DNA of 64,000 bases from Eledone cirrhosa (GCA_964016885.1 OZ024744.1:46066001-46130000), one strand, 5' to 3'; positions 1 to 15,245 are shown, numbered from the stretch's first letter. Numbers and translations are program-made. The notes: generated from the letters alone by a model not told the origin.

Positions 1-1592
1 ACGACATCAACGTTGGTGTATCTTCTTCATCTTTAGTCATAAATTGATATCTTGTCAGAATGAAGTAGTGAGGCTGACTTTATGTCTTTAGCTACAGATT
101 TGATAGGAAATATATATATATTGGGTTGATATGTGGTCTAAAATATATATATTGTCTATAAATGACTAATAGCAGATGTTCCGGTGAAATAGTAGTTTTA
201 CTACTACAGATTGTAATGGAACTCTTAGTAGACACAATTGTAAAGTAAGAATAGATATGACAGTGTAAGACTGATGTCGGAGAATTAAAATTGTGTATAT
301 ATATATATATAATTGTTACACAAGATATAATTAGGTTAATTAAAGTTATAATGATGACAGCAGGTACGCGGTGTCGTTGGGAATGTATCAACTCTCGTAC
401 CGGTGTCATACGTTAAAAGTCCCTGATATAATTTAATACCTTCGGACACAGTTCCAATCGTATTTAATTTATTGTAAATTTAATTTATTGAAAACTGAAT
501 GATTCTCAGCTTCGGAGTTCAGAATAATGTAAATAAATTAGTTGAACGAAAATGACAGAGGTTATTAAAAATATAAAAGTAATAATAATTAAATATATGC
601 ATACGCACATTTATATACGTGCATATGCGAAAACACACACCATGCTTGCATATATATGCACATACACATAAACACATGCACACGGACGTAAACCGGTGCG
701 ACACATATACCCGCACACGTACGAGCGTATACACCAAATACACATATGAATATATGTTTGTGTGTGTGTATACATATAATTATATATACATAAATATATA
801 CACGCATAAATGCGTATAGAACGCACACTCACACATACCTACAGGTAAATACACATATGTTCACCAAACGTACATATACCAAACCCTTATGTACACATAT
901 ACACACCATACATACGTGTAAACACACATACACACCCACATATACACATATAGACACATATATATACATACATACATACATGAGTGTGTATATATATGAA
1001 AGAGAGAGCGCAGTTGTAATGGATAATATCAGTGCTATTTCTAGCAGTTAGAGAGACTACGTAGAGGTTCTCTTATTGATATATAATTGATATTTTACTG
1101 AGTCATACTTTCTAATTTAAAATAAATTAAATACGATTGGAACTGTGTCTGAAGGTATTAAATTATATCAAGGACTTTTAACGTATGACATCGGTACGAG
1201 AATTAATACTTTCCCAACGATACCGCGTACCTGCTGTCTTCATTATGACTTTAATTAACCTAATTATATCTTGTGTAACAATTATATATATATATATACA
1301 CAATTTTTATTCCCTGACATCAGTCTTACACTGTCATATCTAATCTTACTTTACAATTGTGTCTACGAAGGGTTCCATTACAATCTGTAGTAGTAAAACT
1401 ACTATTTCACCAGAACATCTGCTATCAGTCATTTATAGACAATATATATATTTTAGACCACATATCTACCTAATATATATATATTTCCTATCAGTCTGTA
1501 GCTAAAGACATAAAGTCAGCCTCACTACTTCATTCTGACAAGATATCAATTTATAACTAAAGATGAAGTAGATACACCAACATTAATGTCGT
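1..1592. repeat. Large inverted repeat: arms 1-480 and 1114-1592, ~630-bp spacer with (CA/TA) low-complexity sequence
   Basis: 1501-1592 is the reverse complement of 1-92, and the match continues with scattered substitutions to 451-480 versus 1114-1143. The left arm may extend past the window edge. Confidence 0.9.
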
Positions 1593-2122
1593 GAAATAAA
1601 GCTGATAACATCTTTGAAACTTCTAATTTGATAACAAAGAGATTATTTCTTTGGTTGTTTAGTAAAAACTAACAACACAACACATTGATGATATCTGAAG
1701 GAGATAAGTTGACAAAGATTTACTTAATGTCTATATTAATGTGTGTAAATAATATAATTATCTGAACCCTACAACGATGCAGTAAGTATATACAAGTGAA
1801 AATATATATAACAACATTAGAAAAATATATTTCTTCCTCCACTTTTATATATAGAAAAAAAACTTCCAAACTGAAATGTTGATGTGTTATTTTTCAATCA
1901 GCAGATTCCACTGTTACATGTGATAAAAAATATATTTTTATTATGACTGTCTTTATTATTTAAAATACCTCCGTCTATATTTCAACCACTGGAACAGCCT
2001 CAAAAAAGAAACAGTTGTCGCACCTTCAGTCAACATTTTAATGTCAAAAATCGAAATAAATGTTATGAGTGTATATAGATAGATGTATGTTGTGTGTATA
2101 TCATCATCATCATGATCATATA

Positions 2123-2690
2123 CAGTAATCCCCCGCTATATCGCGGTTCACTTTTCGCGGTCCCGTTACATCGCGGATATTTCTTTGGAACATATCTAAT
2201 CCCCTATCGCGGTAATCCTCGCCTCATCGCGAATTTTTCGTTAGAACATATCTATATTCTTATCACGGTACATCTGAATGAAAAGTGTTTAAAATTTAAA
2301 TTTATTAAATAAGTTTCAATGTTATTAAAGTGTATATCGTAAGGAAGGGACATCTTAAGGCTTTAATTATGAACAAATGTTTATATTTTTCATTCCATTA
2401 CTGTCTAATCTACTACAAACCCTTCATAGATTGACGGCAGATGTGCAGTGTATTACCAAGTGGCCACCGTGGCTGGCAATGGTCCTCATTGGTAACTAGT
2501 GGTATGATGGTTGGTGGTAGTTCCTATACGATCGTTACTGGTTGTTTTTGGTGTTTAAATACAAAAGTGTGTTTTAATGAGTTTATATGTACTTAAAGCA
2601 TGTATGAGAGGTATTTTAAGGCTTAAACTATGAAAACAACGGTTGTCTTTGTGGTCTCTCTATATCACGATTGGTTCTGGAACATATCAC
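2123..2690. mobile_element. Tigger/pogo-like (Tc1/mariner) non-autonomous element, right end truncated
   Basis: TA|CAGTAATCCCCCGCTATATCGCGG terminus with repeated ATCGCGG subterminal motifs. The right end breaks off at a SINE before the second TIR. Confidence 0.65.
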
Positions 2691-2860
2691 GGCTTAGTGG
2701 TTAGAGCATTGGGCTTGCAATCGAATGGTTGTGAGTTCGATTCTCGGACCGTGTGATGTGTTGTTTCCTTTATTTCATATTATTTATACAGCTGTAGAAA
2801 TGAGTTGTGATGTCACTGGTGCCAAGCTGTATCAGCCATAGCCTTTCTCTTGGACAACAT
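2688..2860 (+). mobile_element. tRNA-derived SINE fragment
   Basis: A box GGCTTAGTGG and B box GAGTTCGATTC; same head as 5838 and 44252. Confidence 0.75.
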
Positions 2861-2940
2861 ATATAGTGTATAATATATACTGTACACAGTGTATATATAA
2901 TATATATATATACTGTATATAGTGTATAGTTTTTAACTGG

Positions 2941-3075
2941 TTGAAATCCTTCACTCTCAGTCGAAGAGAGGTAGTCATGGTTCTAGGACAGCATTCTTCA
3001 CCGTATGAGATGTCATCTGGTGTACCACAGGGATCTGTTCTTGGGCCCCTTTTGTTTGTTGCATATGTAGTGGAT
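2941..3075 (+). pseudogene. LINE reverse transcriptase fragment (CR1/L2-like)
   Basis: SGVPQGSVLGPLLFVAYV motif. Confidence 0.7.
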
Positions 3076-3159
3076 AAATGTATTCTTTTGTGGATGAATG
3101 ATAAAAAGAATAATGCCAGAATTGTGATGTTGACAATGTTTATTTTACAATAACAATAT

Positions 3160-3440
3160 TCACTTGTTGCTACATTGAATATCGAGTAACATTATAGAAC
3201 CATCTAGGCAATAGAAGGAGCTGGTATCCTGTGTGCACTTGCTACTTATTGCACCTGAGCAGTGGCCACATACAAAATCTACGTTCTTAGATAGCTTACC
3301 TCTAATCCCACTACATCTTTTATGTACCCATAGTTTGCATTTGGGACATAAAATGGAATTTCTACCTACTCCTTTGCTACACACTGAACATGACCATTTC
3401 CCAGAGGGCACCTGTGCTCTATTTTCTTTTCTACATACTA
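3160..3440 (-). pseudogene. RTE LINE fragment (PHD-finger insert of the RT)
   Basis: CSVC..CPKCKLWVHKRC..CGHC; homologous to 56620-56900. Confidence 0.85.
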
Positions 3441-3889
3441 GAATATGTGTATGTAACTCAAATAGTGGGCCCCATCCTCACTTTGGTCTCAAATAATTGT
3501 ACCCCACCCTCGCTTTCATCTCAAATAATCTGCCCCCATCTTCGATTTTGTCTCAAATAATCTTACCCCACCCTCATTTATTTTTTAGATTTTTTTACAC
3601 CGCCACCCTGCTCTTGATTCACCCCACCCTCTGTTTATTAAATTTTTCTTATCTCTGGTGAAATATTATTCAAAGTGGTCGCATTCCAGCGACAATTTTC
3701 TTTAGACATTAAAAAACATTTTACATGACATAAAAATGCATTACTAGAAATGCCATATGTTATAAAATAAGATGGGTTGGGGTCTCATTATGTAAACTAA
3801 ATGACTAATTCTGGATTTCTATCTCTAGTGAAGTTTTAGCGATTTTCCACACACCCACGCTTCTTTCTGGGTCGATGTATTTAATATAG

Positions 3890-4345
3890 CAAAAAGAACA
3901 CAGTCCACATTGTAAAGTCGTTATGTAGGTGTCATGACAAAAAGCACTCAGCCCACACTGTAAATTGATCTTGTAGGTATCACATTAAAAAGCACCCAGT
4001 CTACACTGTAATGTGGTCATGTAGGTGTCAGAACAAAAATCACCCAGTCTACACTGTAACGTGGTCATGTAGGTGTCAGAACAAAAAGTTCCCAGTCCAC
4101 ACTGTAAAGTGGTTGTGTAGGTGTCAGAACAAAAATTGCCCAGTCTACACTGTAAAGTGGTTGTGTAAAGTGTCAGAACAAAAAGAGCCCAGCATACACT
4201 GTAAATATGGTACGCATTAGGAAGGGCATCCCTCCGTGTAAACAAAGTGTATGAGCAAAACATGGTCACCTGACCGAAATTGCTTCAAATGGGACAACCC
4301 GTCAAACTCATGCTACCTTGGAAAATGGCCATTAAATGATAACGA
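3890..4345 (+). mobile_element. RTE 3'-tail-derived non-autonomous element with internal ~46-bp tandem repeats
   Basis: About 6 copies of CCCAGTCTACACTGTAA..GTAGGTGTCAGAACAAAA, then TTAGGAAGGGCATCC and an ATGAT tail as in RTE 3' UTRs. Confidence 0.65.
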
Positions 4346-4843
4346 TATATGTATGTATATGAATTTTGTTTTTCTTTTACACCTGGGAGTGAAAGGCCTC
4401 CAGTTGTTGTCACAACACCTTCTAGGAGAAGGAAACTCTGAAAGAAAACCTGCGGCTTAGGAAGCATCCGATGATGTTGATCAGTTCTCCTTTTTGGGTA
4501 GCGTTTTTGATGTTCAGAGAGTGGGATTGGTCGAGTGCAAGGCCTTTCCCCACTTAAAAAACCTTCAAAGCACAGGCATTGCTTGTTCAGGATATGTTAT
4601 AAGTTTGTTTGGTTGGCCGTAGCCTAAAAGTGGACCAACCTCTATAATCTGACAAGTTATTGTAATACTCTTAGAGTTTGCAGTCTTCATATGTATATAT
4701 ATAGATAAAATGTGTTGGTGTTAGGAAGGGCAACCAGCTGAAGAAAACCTGCCAGATACGAGTGAGACACGGTCATCTGATCAATAAAGCGGGACAATTC
4801 CCGTCTAACACATGCTAGCGTGGCAGACGTTAAATGATGATGA

Positions 4844-4935
<92 letters not shown>

Positions 4936-4942
<7 letters not shown>

Positions 4943-5427
4943 TAAACGGAATAGAAAATGCTGACAGATTGTTCACAGTTGAAAAATGGTTTAATTAGGA
5001 ATAAAAGAGTATTAGTGATTGTATGGGTTAGTATTCAGTTGTGGTTTTAAGTTTTTAAGTCTTTACCGGTTGCGCATTTCTAAATGCTTTTCAAAAATAA
5101 TTTTGAGATAGAGTGTCCGTGCTGTTTGCTCTTGCGCATTTCTAAATGCTTTTCAAAAATAATTTTGAGATAGAGTGTCCGTGCTGTTTGCTCTGATCAG
5201 AGCAAACAGCACGGACACTCTATCTCAAAATTATTTTTGAAAAGCATTTAGAAATGCGCAACCGGTAAAGACTTAAAAACTTAAAACCACAACTGAATAC
5301 TAACCCATACAATCACTAATACTCTTTTATTCCTAATTAAACCATTTTTCAACTGTGAACAATCTGTCAGCATTTTCTATTCCGTTTACCAATATATAAT
5401 AACTTGTGTGTTACACCTCTATTCTTT

Positions 5428-5430
<3 letters not shown>
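4936..5430. mobile_element. Fold-back (palindromic) Penelope-like terminal fragment between (TA)n tracts
   Basis: Exact palindrome centred at 5196/5197 (GCTCTGA|TCAGAGC). The left arm has a 62-bp tandem duplication (5071-5132, 5133-5194). A degenerate hammerhead-like motif lies at ~5237-5268. Confidence 0.7.
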
Positions 5431-5458
<28 letters not shown>

Positions 5459-5463
<5 letters not shown>

Positions 5464-5655
5464 AACCAGTAAGACCCCGACGGCTGAGCTCAAGCCGTTT
5501 CGACGGCTAATTCTGAGTCCAGAATCAGCCGTCGAACGGCTTGAGCTCAGCCGTCGGGGTCTTACTGGTTCCTATTACCCACTCTACTACGCCAAGTATT
5601 GAGTACTTTGGTGCGTTATGGTCCACCTGGTTCCTTACCACATTTCCTTCGTTAT
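5459..5655 (+). mobile_element. 5'-truncated Penelope-like 3' terminus with inverted duplication
   Basis: 5516-5655 is the reverse complement of 61125-61263 (3' end of the PLE). 5459-5515 is an inverted copy of part of it. Confidence 0.85.
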
Positions 5656-5714
5656 ATATATATATATATATGTATATGTATATATATGTACATGGATATA
5701 TATGTACATCTTTT

Positions 5715-6178
<464 letters not shown>

Positions 6179-6279
6179 TACATATATATATATGTAGTTG
6201 TGTGTATATATATATATATTTGTACACATATATATGTATATATATATGTGTATATATATACACATATATATATGTATTT

Positions 6280-6513
6280 CATCATCATCATCATCAATAT
6301 ACGTCCGCTTTTCCCTGCTTGAGACGGGAACTGCTGGGGGCTTTTTTTCCGTGGCGCCTACAAGACCACTTTGCAGTGGTCCCTAGCATCTCATTTCTAC
6401 AGCTGAGTAAACTGGAGCAATGTGAAGTGTCTTGCTCAAGGAAACAACACATCACCCGGTCTGAGAATTGAACTCACAACCTTTCGATTACAAGACCAAT
6501 GCTGAAACCACTA
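6280..6513 (-). mobile_element. Same SINE family, internally deleted, tail-to-tail with 5838-6178
   Basis: (CAT)n tail at 6280 and inverted core/head to ~6513. Confidence 0.8.
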
Positions 6514-8615
6514 AGCCTCCTCATCTCCACTGTGAACATCAGTGATCTGAGTTCTGTTCTCACCACCTCTTTTTGTGGTCTATCTCTACCACGTCTTCCT
6601 TCAACTGGTGTTTCGTGGCACTTCTTCACCCATCGGTCATCCTCCATTCGCATCACATGTTCATACCACCTCAGTCTCCTCTTTCACACACTACATTCTA
6701 TCCCTCTCAGACACAGTTTCTCTCTCAACACATTCATGCTGGGTCATTTACGCACATTAACACTGAACATCCAACGGAGCATGCTTACCTCATTTCTCTC
6801 CAGCCGTCGCATATCCTCTGCAGTTGCTGCCCATGTCTCACTACCATGGAGCATCGCACTCCTTACACAGGCATCATATAACCGGCCTTTCGTACGCAGG
6901 GAGAAACCCTTCTTCGTCAGCAGAGGAAGCAGCTCCCTAAACTTCTTCCAACCCGTCCTTATTCTAGATACTATGGCTTTCGGAACACCCCCTCCCATGC
7001 TAATCTGATCTCCTAGGTACCGGAAGCTATCCACCACTTCTATAGCACCCGCCTGCATTTGAAAAATGTGTCTATCAATGCGACTTCTACTGTCTAATTT
7101 CCTTGTACATCTACTGCATACATATTTCTCCCTACCTGTTAGTTTGCCTGCTACATCTCTTCTGTACCCAGGATCTGCATTGTGTGCATTTTATAGAATT
7201 TATGCCAGTTCCTTTTCTGCATATCGGACATGGCCTTTTCCCTGACGGAATCAGAGTTTTGTCCTCTTTTCTACTCATCAACACTTTTGTCCTCTTGCTT
7301 CCAACTGCTGTTTCCATAGCCAGAATTTAATCTCTAGCTCCTCCACTGATTCTGCTATAAGAACCAGATCGTCAGCATAGAGAAGTTCCCATGGACAGCC
7401 AGTCTTAAACTCCTCTGTTATGGCTTGGAGGACTATAATGAACAAGAGCGGGCTGAGGACCGAACCTTGATGTACTCCTACTTGTATCTGGAATTCCTCA
7501 CTAAACTCCATTCCTACCCTGACTTTACTGACAGAACCCCGATACAAATCTTGCACTGACTTCACAAGCCATTCCCCTACACCTAGTTTCCTTAGGGACC
7601 ACCAGATGACAGATCGGGGTACCCTATCAAAGGCCTTCTCTAGGTCAACAAAGGCTAAGTATAGTGGCTTATTTTTCTCTAAGAACCTCTCTTGCAATTG
7701 TCTCATCAAGAAGAGGGGATCTGTTGTACTCTTTCCAGGCACAAAACCAAACTGCATCTCATCTAGTTTGACCCTTTCTCTAATTAGTCGTGCTAATATC
7801 CTTTCTGCCACTTTCATAACCCGATCCATCAGTTTCATATCCCTATAATTACTCCTCCCTAGAGCATCCCCTTTACCTTTGTAGCAATTTATGAGAATAC
7901 TACGGCACCAGTCTTTGGGTGTGACCACTATATATAGCCATATTGATGATGCGTGCAACCAGTTTAGTGCCTACGTCCCCTGATGCCTTCAGCATCTCAG
8001 CAATTATTCCCGATGGTCCAGCAGCCTTACCATTTTTCATTTCTTTAATCGCATCTTGGACCCTATATTCGTCAATCTCAATAGCTGGTCCCTCTGTCGG
8101 ATCTACAGAGGGTAATTTGTCTCTCTCCCATTAGTTCTCCACATTCATCAGTCTCTCATAATGACATTTTCAGGCCTCCTTTTTCCGATCATTCGTGACA
8201 CTAAGTACACCGGCATCATTCCGGACACATTCATCTCCAACAACATCCTGATTTGCATTGACACACTGCCTTGCAATGTGGAACACCGCAAGCCTCTGAT
8301 CTTCCCGTCGCAGAAAATTGACAAACCTCCTACTCTCAGCCTCCGTGCGTACTAAGTACACCTGACCTCCAGCTTCTTAGCAGCTGTGTATCGGTCTCTA
8401 CTCCCACCCTTTTTCCAAGCGTTCCATGCTAGTCTTTTGTCTCTAATGGCCTTATCTACCGTGCTGTTCCACCACCAGGTCACTCTCTGTCTGGTCGGAA
8501 CACTGCTCCAGCCACAAGTTTCATCAGTAGCCTGCAGTAAGTTGTCACGTAAGAAATTCCAGTTATTATCTATGTCATACGTCTCTAAAACGTCTTCTTT
8601 TTCGTGTATATCTAA
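6514..8615 (-). mobile_element. RTE-clade LINE, 5'-truncated and frameshifted
   Basis: RT motifs AFVDLEKAFDRVPR, HQGSVLSPLLF, LLYADD (7278-7958); PHD insert (7132-7317); FRYLG and MLHGSETW thumb (6744-7058). Confidence 0.93.
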
Positions 8616-8659
8616 ATCGTCTTCTTTTAAGTGTATATATATATATATATTTATACATC

Positions 8660-8912
8660 AATATATATAAAAGCAAGTCGGTCTGTGTGTGTGTGTGTGT
8701 CTGTCTGTGTGTGTGTCTGTCTGTATACAAATACTAGGCTCCTTTTTACTTTTGAAGTACTAGGCCGATTTGGCACGTGCTATTGAGGCGACCTCTCATT
8801 GGCTAGCCAATTAGCTGACATGCACTCAGAAATTGCTAGCTAAACCATAAACGACCTTAAACAATTCAGGCTGTCATTCATTTCCCGAGCAACGCCGGGT
8901 TCATCTGCAGGT
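8660..8912 (+). mobile_element. Non-autonomous Helitron/Helentron-like element
   Basis: TATATAAAA start, (TCTG/TG)n, 3' hairpin CCCGAGCAACGCCGGG followed by a CTGCAGG (CTGCTAG-like) end. Confidence 0.6.
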
Positions 8913-9397
8913 ATATATATATGTATATATATATGTGTATATATATATATATATATTTGTACATATATATGTATATATCATCATCATTGTAGACACTTGA
9001 AATAGAAACTGATACCGGGTAGAGAGCTCTTAAGTCCAGTAAAATAACCTCTCTAGTACCACGAACAATACACCCAGTCCTTGCTGTAAAGGGGTTGATG
9101 AGAGGAAGGGCATCCAACCAGAAAAAAAAACGCCAAAATTATGGAAAGCCCTGCAAATAAAATTCCCACTAATTCTGTCTACAGGACTAACACAAGTCAT
9201 GGTGGTGTGCCTAGGGTACCCTTGTGTGAGAATACTTTGACTGTTATCGAGCAATTGCACAGCATTTTTCCCTTTCAGGTAGAAAGAACTGTTACTCAAG
9301 GAACTGTCAAGTTACACATCTCAGGTCTCAGACAATTCCCATGTTAGAATGTCATATGAGAATAAAGTTCCTGGGTAAAGGCTATAGGGCAGACCTC

Positions 9398-10787
9398 CAG
9401 TGGCGGATTTAACAGGTGGCGAAGGTGGCAAATGCCGACTGGGCCCCTGCCTACTGGGCCCCTGCCGACTGGGCGCTTGCAAAAAAAAAAAAATGTAATT
9501 TGGGCGATATCCAAAAATACCTCCCCCATGCCTAGGGCTAAATAACTTCGCTGTTCGCTGCTGATATGAGGCTAAATAACTTTGCTGCTGGCTGCTGGCT
9601 GCTGAAATGAGGCTATTCCAACAAATTTACATTCCCTTTTTTTTAGCCGTTAAAAGAAATATAGATTTATTTATTTATTTGAAACGTTTTTGTTAGTTTC
9701 ATTGTTTTGTTTTTTTGGCGATATTTTTGTTAGTTTCTTGTTTTTTTTTTTAGTTTCTTTTTGATTTATTCCTTGTGACTGAGTGCTTTGAACGTTCAAC
9801 AGATAAATTGGAAGAACTCAGATGCGATCACAAATTTGAACAATTTGTGGATCAGGCAAAGAAAGCCTGGAATGACGTGGGATTTGATGCATCTGAAGCT
9901 GATTTTAAAATAACGCGAGTAAGGAGAAGAAAGATTATGGATGGTGAAGTTTGTGGTGTTGAAAGACTAGCTACTGCTTCAGATAGATATCGCACTGCAA
10001 TTTATTTTCAATCACTGGATAGTATGATTGGGGAGATGAGAGCCCGAACTGAAGGAATAACAAAAATATCTTCAATCTTTGGATTTTTGAGTCCAAATCG
10101 ACTGGCTAAATGCTCAGATGATGAACTAAAAACACATGTAGCAACATTGGTAGATAACTTTTCAAATGAATTCACACTGGAAATCAGAAATGAACTCTTT
10201 TCTTTCATTGGCCTCTACTTTTCACAGCCAAACGCAGCTTTAAAACAAAGTGGCGTTATACCATATCTGAAATTTTTACTGAACAATGACTTGTGTGATG
10301 TCTTTCCCGAGTTTGAAATTCTGGTAAGGCTATTTCTCACTTTACCAATTGGCATAGCAAGTGCGGAACGCTCTTTCAGTGTTCTACGAAGAATTAAAAA
10401 TTATCTTCGTTCAACGATGGGCCAGGAGAGGCTATCCAGTTTTGCCCTGCTGACAAAATTACTAAATCAGTAAACTTGGACCACGCTATAACTCATTTTT
10501 CAACTGTTAAAGCTCGCAGAATTCTGCGCATGTAAAACCAATTTGTGTAAAAGACTAACATATATATACAACTTTATTACTTTATTATTTGTTTACATCT
10601 GTTTGTTTGTTTCAAATAAAGTGTACTTGTAATTTAATTGTCTTCTTAATGATTATTGGTAGCTAAATGGGAAATTAAAAAAAAAACTTTTTCAATACTC
10701 GCTCGAAAAGAAGGTACTTTAATTTTCACTCTTGGGCCTCCTTACTGACCAATGCCGACTGGGCCCTATTCCTTAAATCCGCCACTG
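9398..10787 (+). mobile_element. hAT DNA transposon, internally deleted (1390 bp)
   Basis: 15-bp TIR CAGTGGCGGATTTAA/TTAAATCCGCCACTG; 8-bp TSD CAGACCTC (9390-9397, 10788-10795); subterminal TGCCGACTGGGC repeats. Confidence 0.95.
9775..10515 (+). pseudogene. C-terminal part of hAT transposase (dimerisation domain)
   Basis: LTLPIGIASAERSFSVLRRIKNYLRSTMGQERLS; no N-terminal or catalytic portion; frameshift near 10455. Confidence 0.9.
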
Positions 10788-11278
10788 CAGACCTCCCAAG
10801 AGTTAGAAAGATAAAATTTATAGAGCATGCTGGAATACTACTGCTTACATTGGAGAGAATAACTCTGGACATGAATGTTGATATCTACAGATTATCAATA
10901 TAGAAATATACATTTCCAATGTTAAATCTATCTCTGGTTCTAAAGTATTCTATATTATCTCATACTGTTTCTTTCTTATTTCAGAATACCAGATGACATT
11001 GGGATGAAATCATTTTTTAATCTTGAATACATCCCCTTTATTTATCATCATTTCAAGACTAAAGCTTTTGATACGGAACTCATATAACACTATTTATATA
11101 AATCTTTGGCAGAGTTACTGTGAAATATTTCCTCAGAACTGTGTTTCTTGGAAAAATATCATTTCGTCACCATCTGAAATATTTATAAGATGATTTTGAA
11201 TCTTAACTAAACTTGGATCAGAAAGAAGTTTGTATCATGTTCAGATCTTGACTGAAGTCACATTTGGGGGAAATATAG

Positions 11279-12262
<984 letters not shown>

Positions 12263-12419
12263 CCAAAACACTGCCACCAATGTTGTTAATATTTTGAATA
12301 AAACTTGTTTATTCTGAAATTATTCACCTTTAATTTTATTTGTAGGAGTTGTAACTAAGACTTGTGCTGACAAAACTGTATGGTACAGAATTTACAAACA
12401 CTCTATACATATATATATA

Positions 12420-15245
12420 TATATTTGTTTTGCAAATTTTTCAACCCAGCTGACAATATATAAGATGAGTAAAATGTATCCCACTAAGTTACCTTTTAAT
12501 AAAAGGGTTTATGTACCACAAAAAATAGATGACGAGACAGAAGTACAGTTCACCATAGCAATAAATAAAATTAGACAAATAGTAGACCGATATACTAAGA
12601 TACAAATCAGACCAGAGGTCCAAAAACTTGGAAGGAAACCTGTAGAAGGCTTGGTTAGCCTCAGGCAACGCACAACGGATGATGGGGTAGTGTGTCTACC
12701 CACAGATAAAACTGGTAGGATGTCGATAGACAGGATGCGGAACTATATCGAGGCTATGCAACTCCACATCACCAACACGAGCTAAACTACGCAACAAACA
12801 CATAAGGGGAGAGAGAAGATCCTCAACGCTCACATGATGATGTGGACCGACATCCTAAAGCCAAGCAAATGCACTGCCAACAACTTCCAGGCATTTAACA
12901 ATGACATACCACACTTGTATGAACTCCGCAAAGACTATAAGACAGCCGACGACCCAACGACAGGACCACCAACAAGAGGCAATATCGCTAGCAACTACAG
13001 GATCTCTTACTTCCTCTTAATGGTTATACGCCCCATAATGAAGATGTCCCCATATGTATGTGACAGTACAGAGGACCTCCTCAGCAGAATCAATGAGTGC
13101 AACAAAAACAAAAACCTATCTAACTGCATAATAGGCAGTATGGATGTGGTATCACTATAACCATCCATTAACATTGATTTTGCTGTGGAAAAATGTGTGG
13201 AGATAATCAGTGAGAGTGAGGTGGAGTTCTGCAACATCGACACAGATAAACTGGGCCTCCTATTTAGATTTTCTTATGACACCGAGTAACTAGACAGCCA
13301 TGACCTTAGCCGTTTCTGCCCCAGTAGACCCATATGAGGTAGAAAACCCCACCATAACCTCAATGACAAAATGACTTCCATGGGAAGGTGGATTGGGTGG
13401 ACCAAAGCCATACGGAAACCTGAAAACAATGATCCGGTGAGAAAAATGGTCGCGCATGTAATAGGGGCTAGTATTAAAACTACCCAAAATGCCCAAATAT
13501 TAAAATTCAATAAAAAGATCTACACCCTAAATGAGGGAGCAGCCATTGGCATCAGCATAGCTGATGATGTTGCCAACCTTTTTATGGTATGGTGCGAAAG
13601 GAGACTCAAAGAACTTGAAGAGAGTTCCAAAGACCTCATCATGTACTCTCGTTACGTAGACGATATTAATATAGTAATAAGAACACCCCAACAAGAGAAT
13701 ACTAATAAACATAAATTAGAAGATAGCACAATGGAAAGCATCCATCAGATAGCTAACTCCATACACCAGAGTATAACTGTAACCATTGACTACACCCTAA
13801 CAGTAGACTACCTGTATTAGACACGGAACTCTGGATTAACACTATAGACTAGAGAGCCCACATTCTCCACTCACACTATGCTAAACCCATGGCCTCCAAA
13901 TACCTGATACTCAAAAATTCAGCAATTTCCAGTAGTGCTATGTTTAATATTCTGATCGCAGACTTGGTACGAGTGATGAAGAACGTGTCCCGCATGTGTG
14001 ACCCAACAGAAATGGAAAGACACACCCAACACTTCATCAACCGCATGTAGTTCTCTGACTACAACCAAAGAGACAGAATCAGAGTATCCAAAGGAGCCAC
14101 GGAGAAGTATAAAACCCTCATAGAACTGGACATGAAAGGAATTTGCCCATTATACAGGAGCAAATCATGGAATAGCTTAGATAGGACTAAACATAAGATA
14201 AAGAAAGCCACCTCATGGTACAACAACCAGAGATACCAGAGCGTCATGTTCGTAGAATTTACCCCTGGAGGGAAATTAGCTAACCAATGTAGAAAGGCCT
14301 TAAGGAAGACCCACTTAAAGATTAAAGTGGTAGAAAAGCCAGGAACTACCATAAAATCCCCGATCAGCAAAACATACCTTTTTAAGAAAACCCACTGTAC
14401 TAATAAGAAATGTGTTATATGGAAAGTAAACCCCCCGATAAACTGTAAAACTAGAAATGTAGTCTATAGCATAAGATGTACAGAGGGTACTTGCAGAAAC
14501 ATGACAACGACATACATAGGTGAGACAGCTCAAAGTATAGGAGAAAGAATAACCAACACAGGGGGGAATTAAAAGGACAACAAATCGGTCCAGTACTATA
14601 CGAACATGCCAGACAACAACATGACGGTAACATAGAAAACATAGAATTTAAAATAATATCTAAACATAGAAATGACCTAACAGGTAGGCAAATCAGAGAA
14701 GCAAGCGAAATAGAGCTTAGAAAGCCAAAGCTAAACAGAAAAAATGAATGGAATAACAACAACACCCAAACAAACAATACTGACTTAAGAAAAATATTAA
14801 TAAATAAATACATACACCAAACACATAAATAAATAAATACATACACCAAACACATATAAACACACACTAGTAAACTAAGATAGAATACAATAACCAAAAC
14901 ATGAACACACACGCAAACGCAGAGAAGAAGACAAAAATAAATAAATAAATAAATAGATAAAATTAAAATGGCGTAGACACTACAATACATACAATACAGC
15001 TGGGGAGACATGATAATAGTACCACTGATGATGTTCCAGATGTGCAACGAAAGAACTTTGTTAGACTATATATATGTATTTATATCTGTATTTTTGACCG
15101 TTGGTCAGTCAATGATAAACATTGATGGCCAAATGAATTAACTATGGAGATATAAAATATACAGAAGCGAAAACCAACCAAAGAGTGAGTGTGTTCTGTT
15201 ATTATTTCTGGCAATATTATTACAACAATATGACCCTCCCCAAGT
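12420..15245 (+). mobile_element. Penelope-like element 1 (RT + C-terminal GIY-YIG), decayed
   Basis: PTDKTG, GSMDVVSL, GAAIG..ANLFM, YSRYVDD; GIY-YIG NVVYSIRC..YIGET preceded by a Cys linker. 3' end has CTGATGA..GAAA at 15025-15052 and ends at (TA)n. Confidence 0.9.

Noticed and set aside
15020-15070. Active hammerhead at the end of PLE 1
   Set aside because: CTGATGA and GAAA are present but stems I-III have mismatches; treated as a remnant only.
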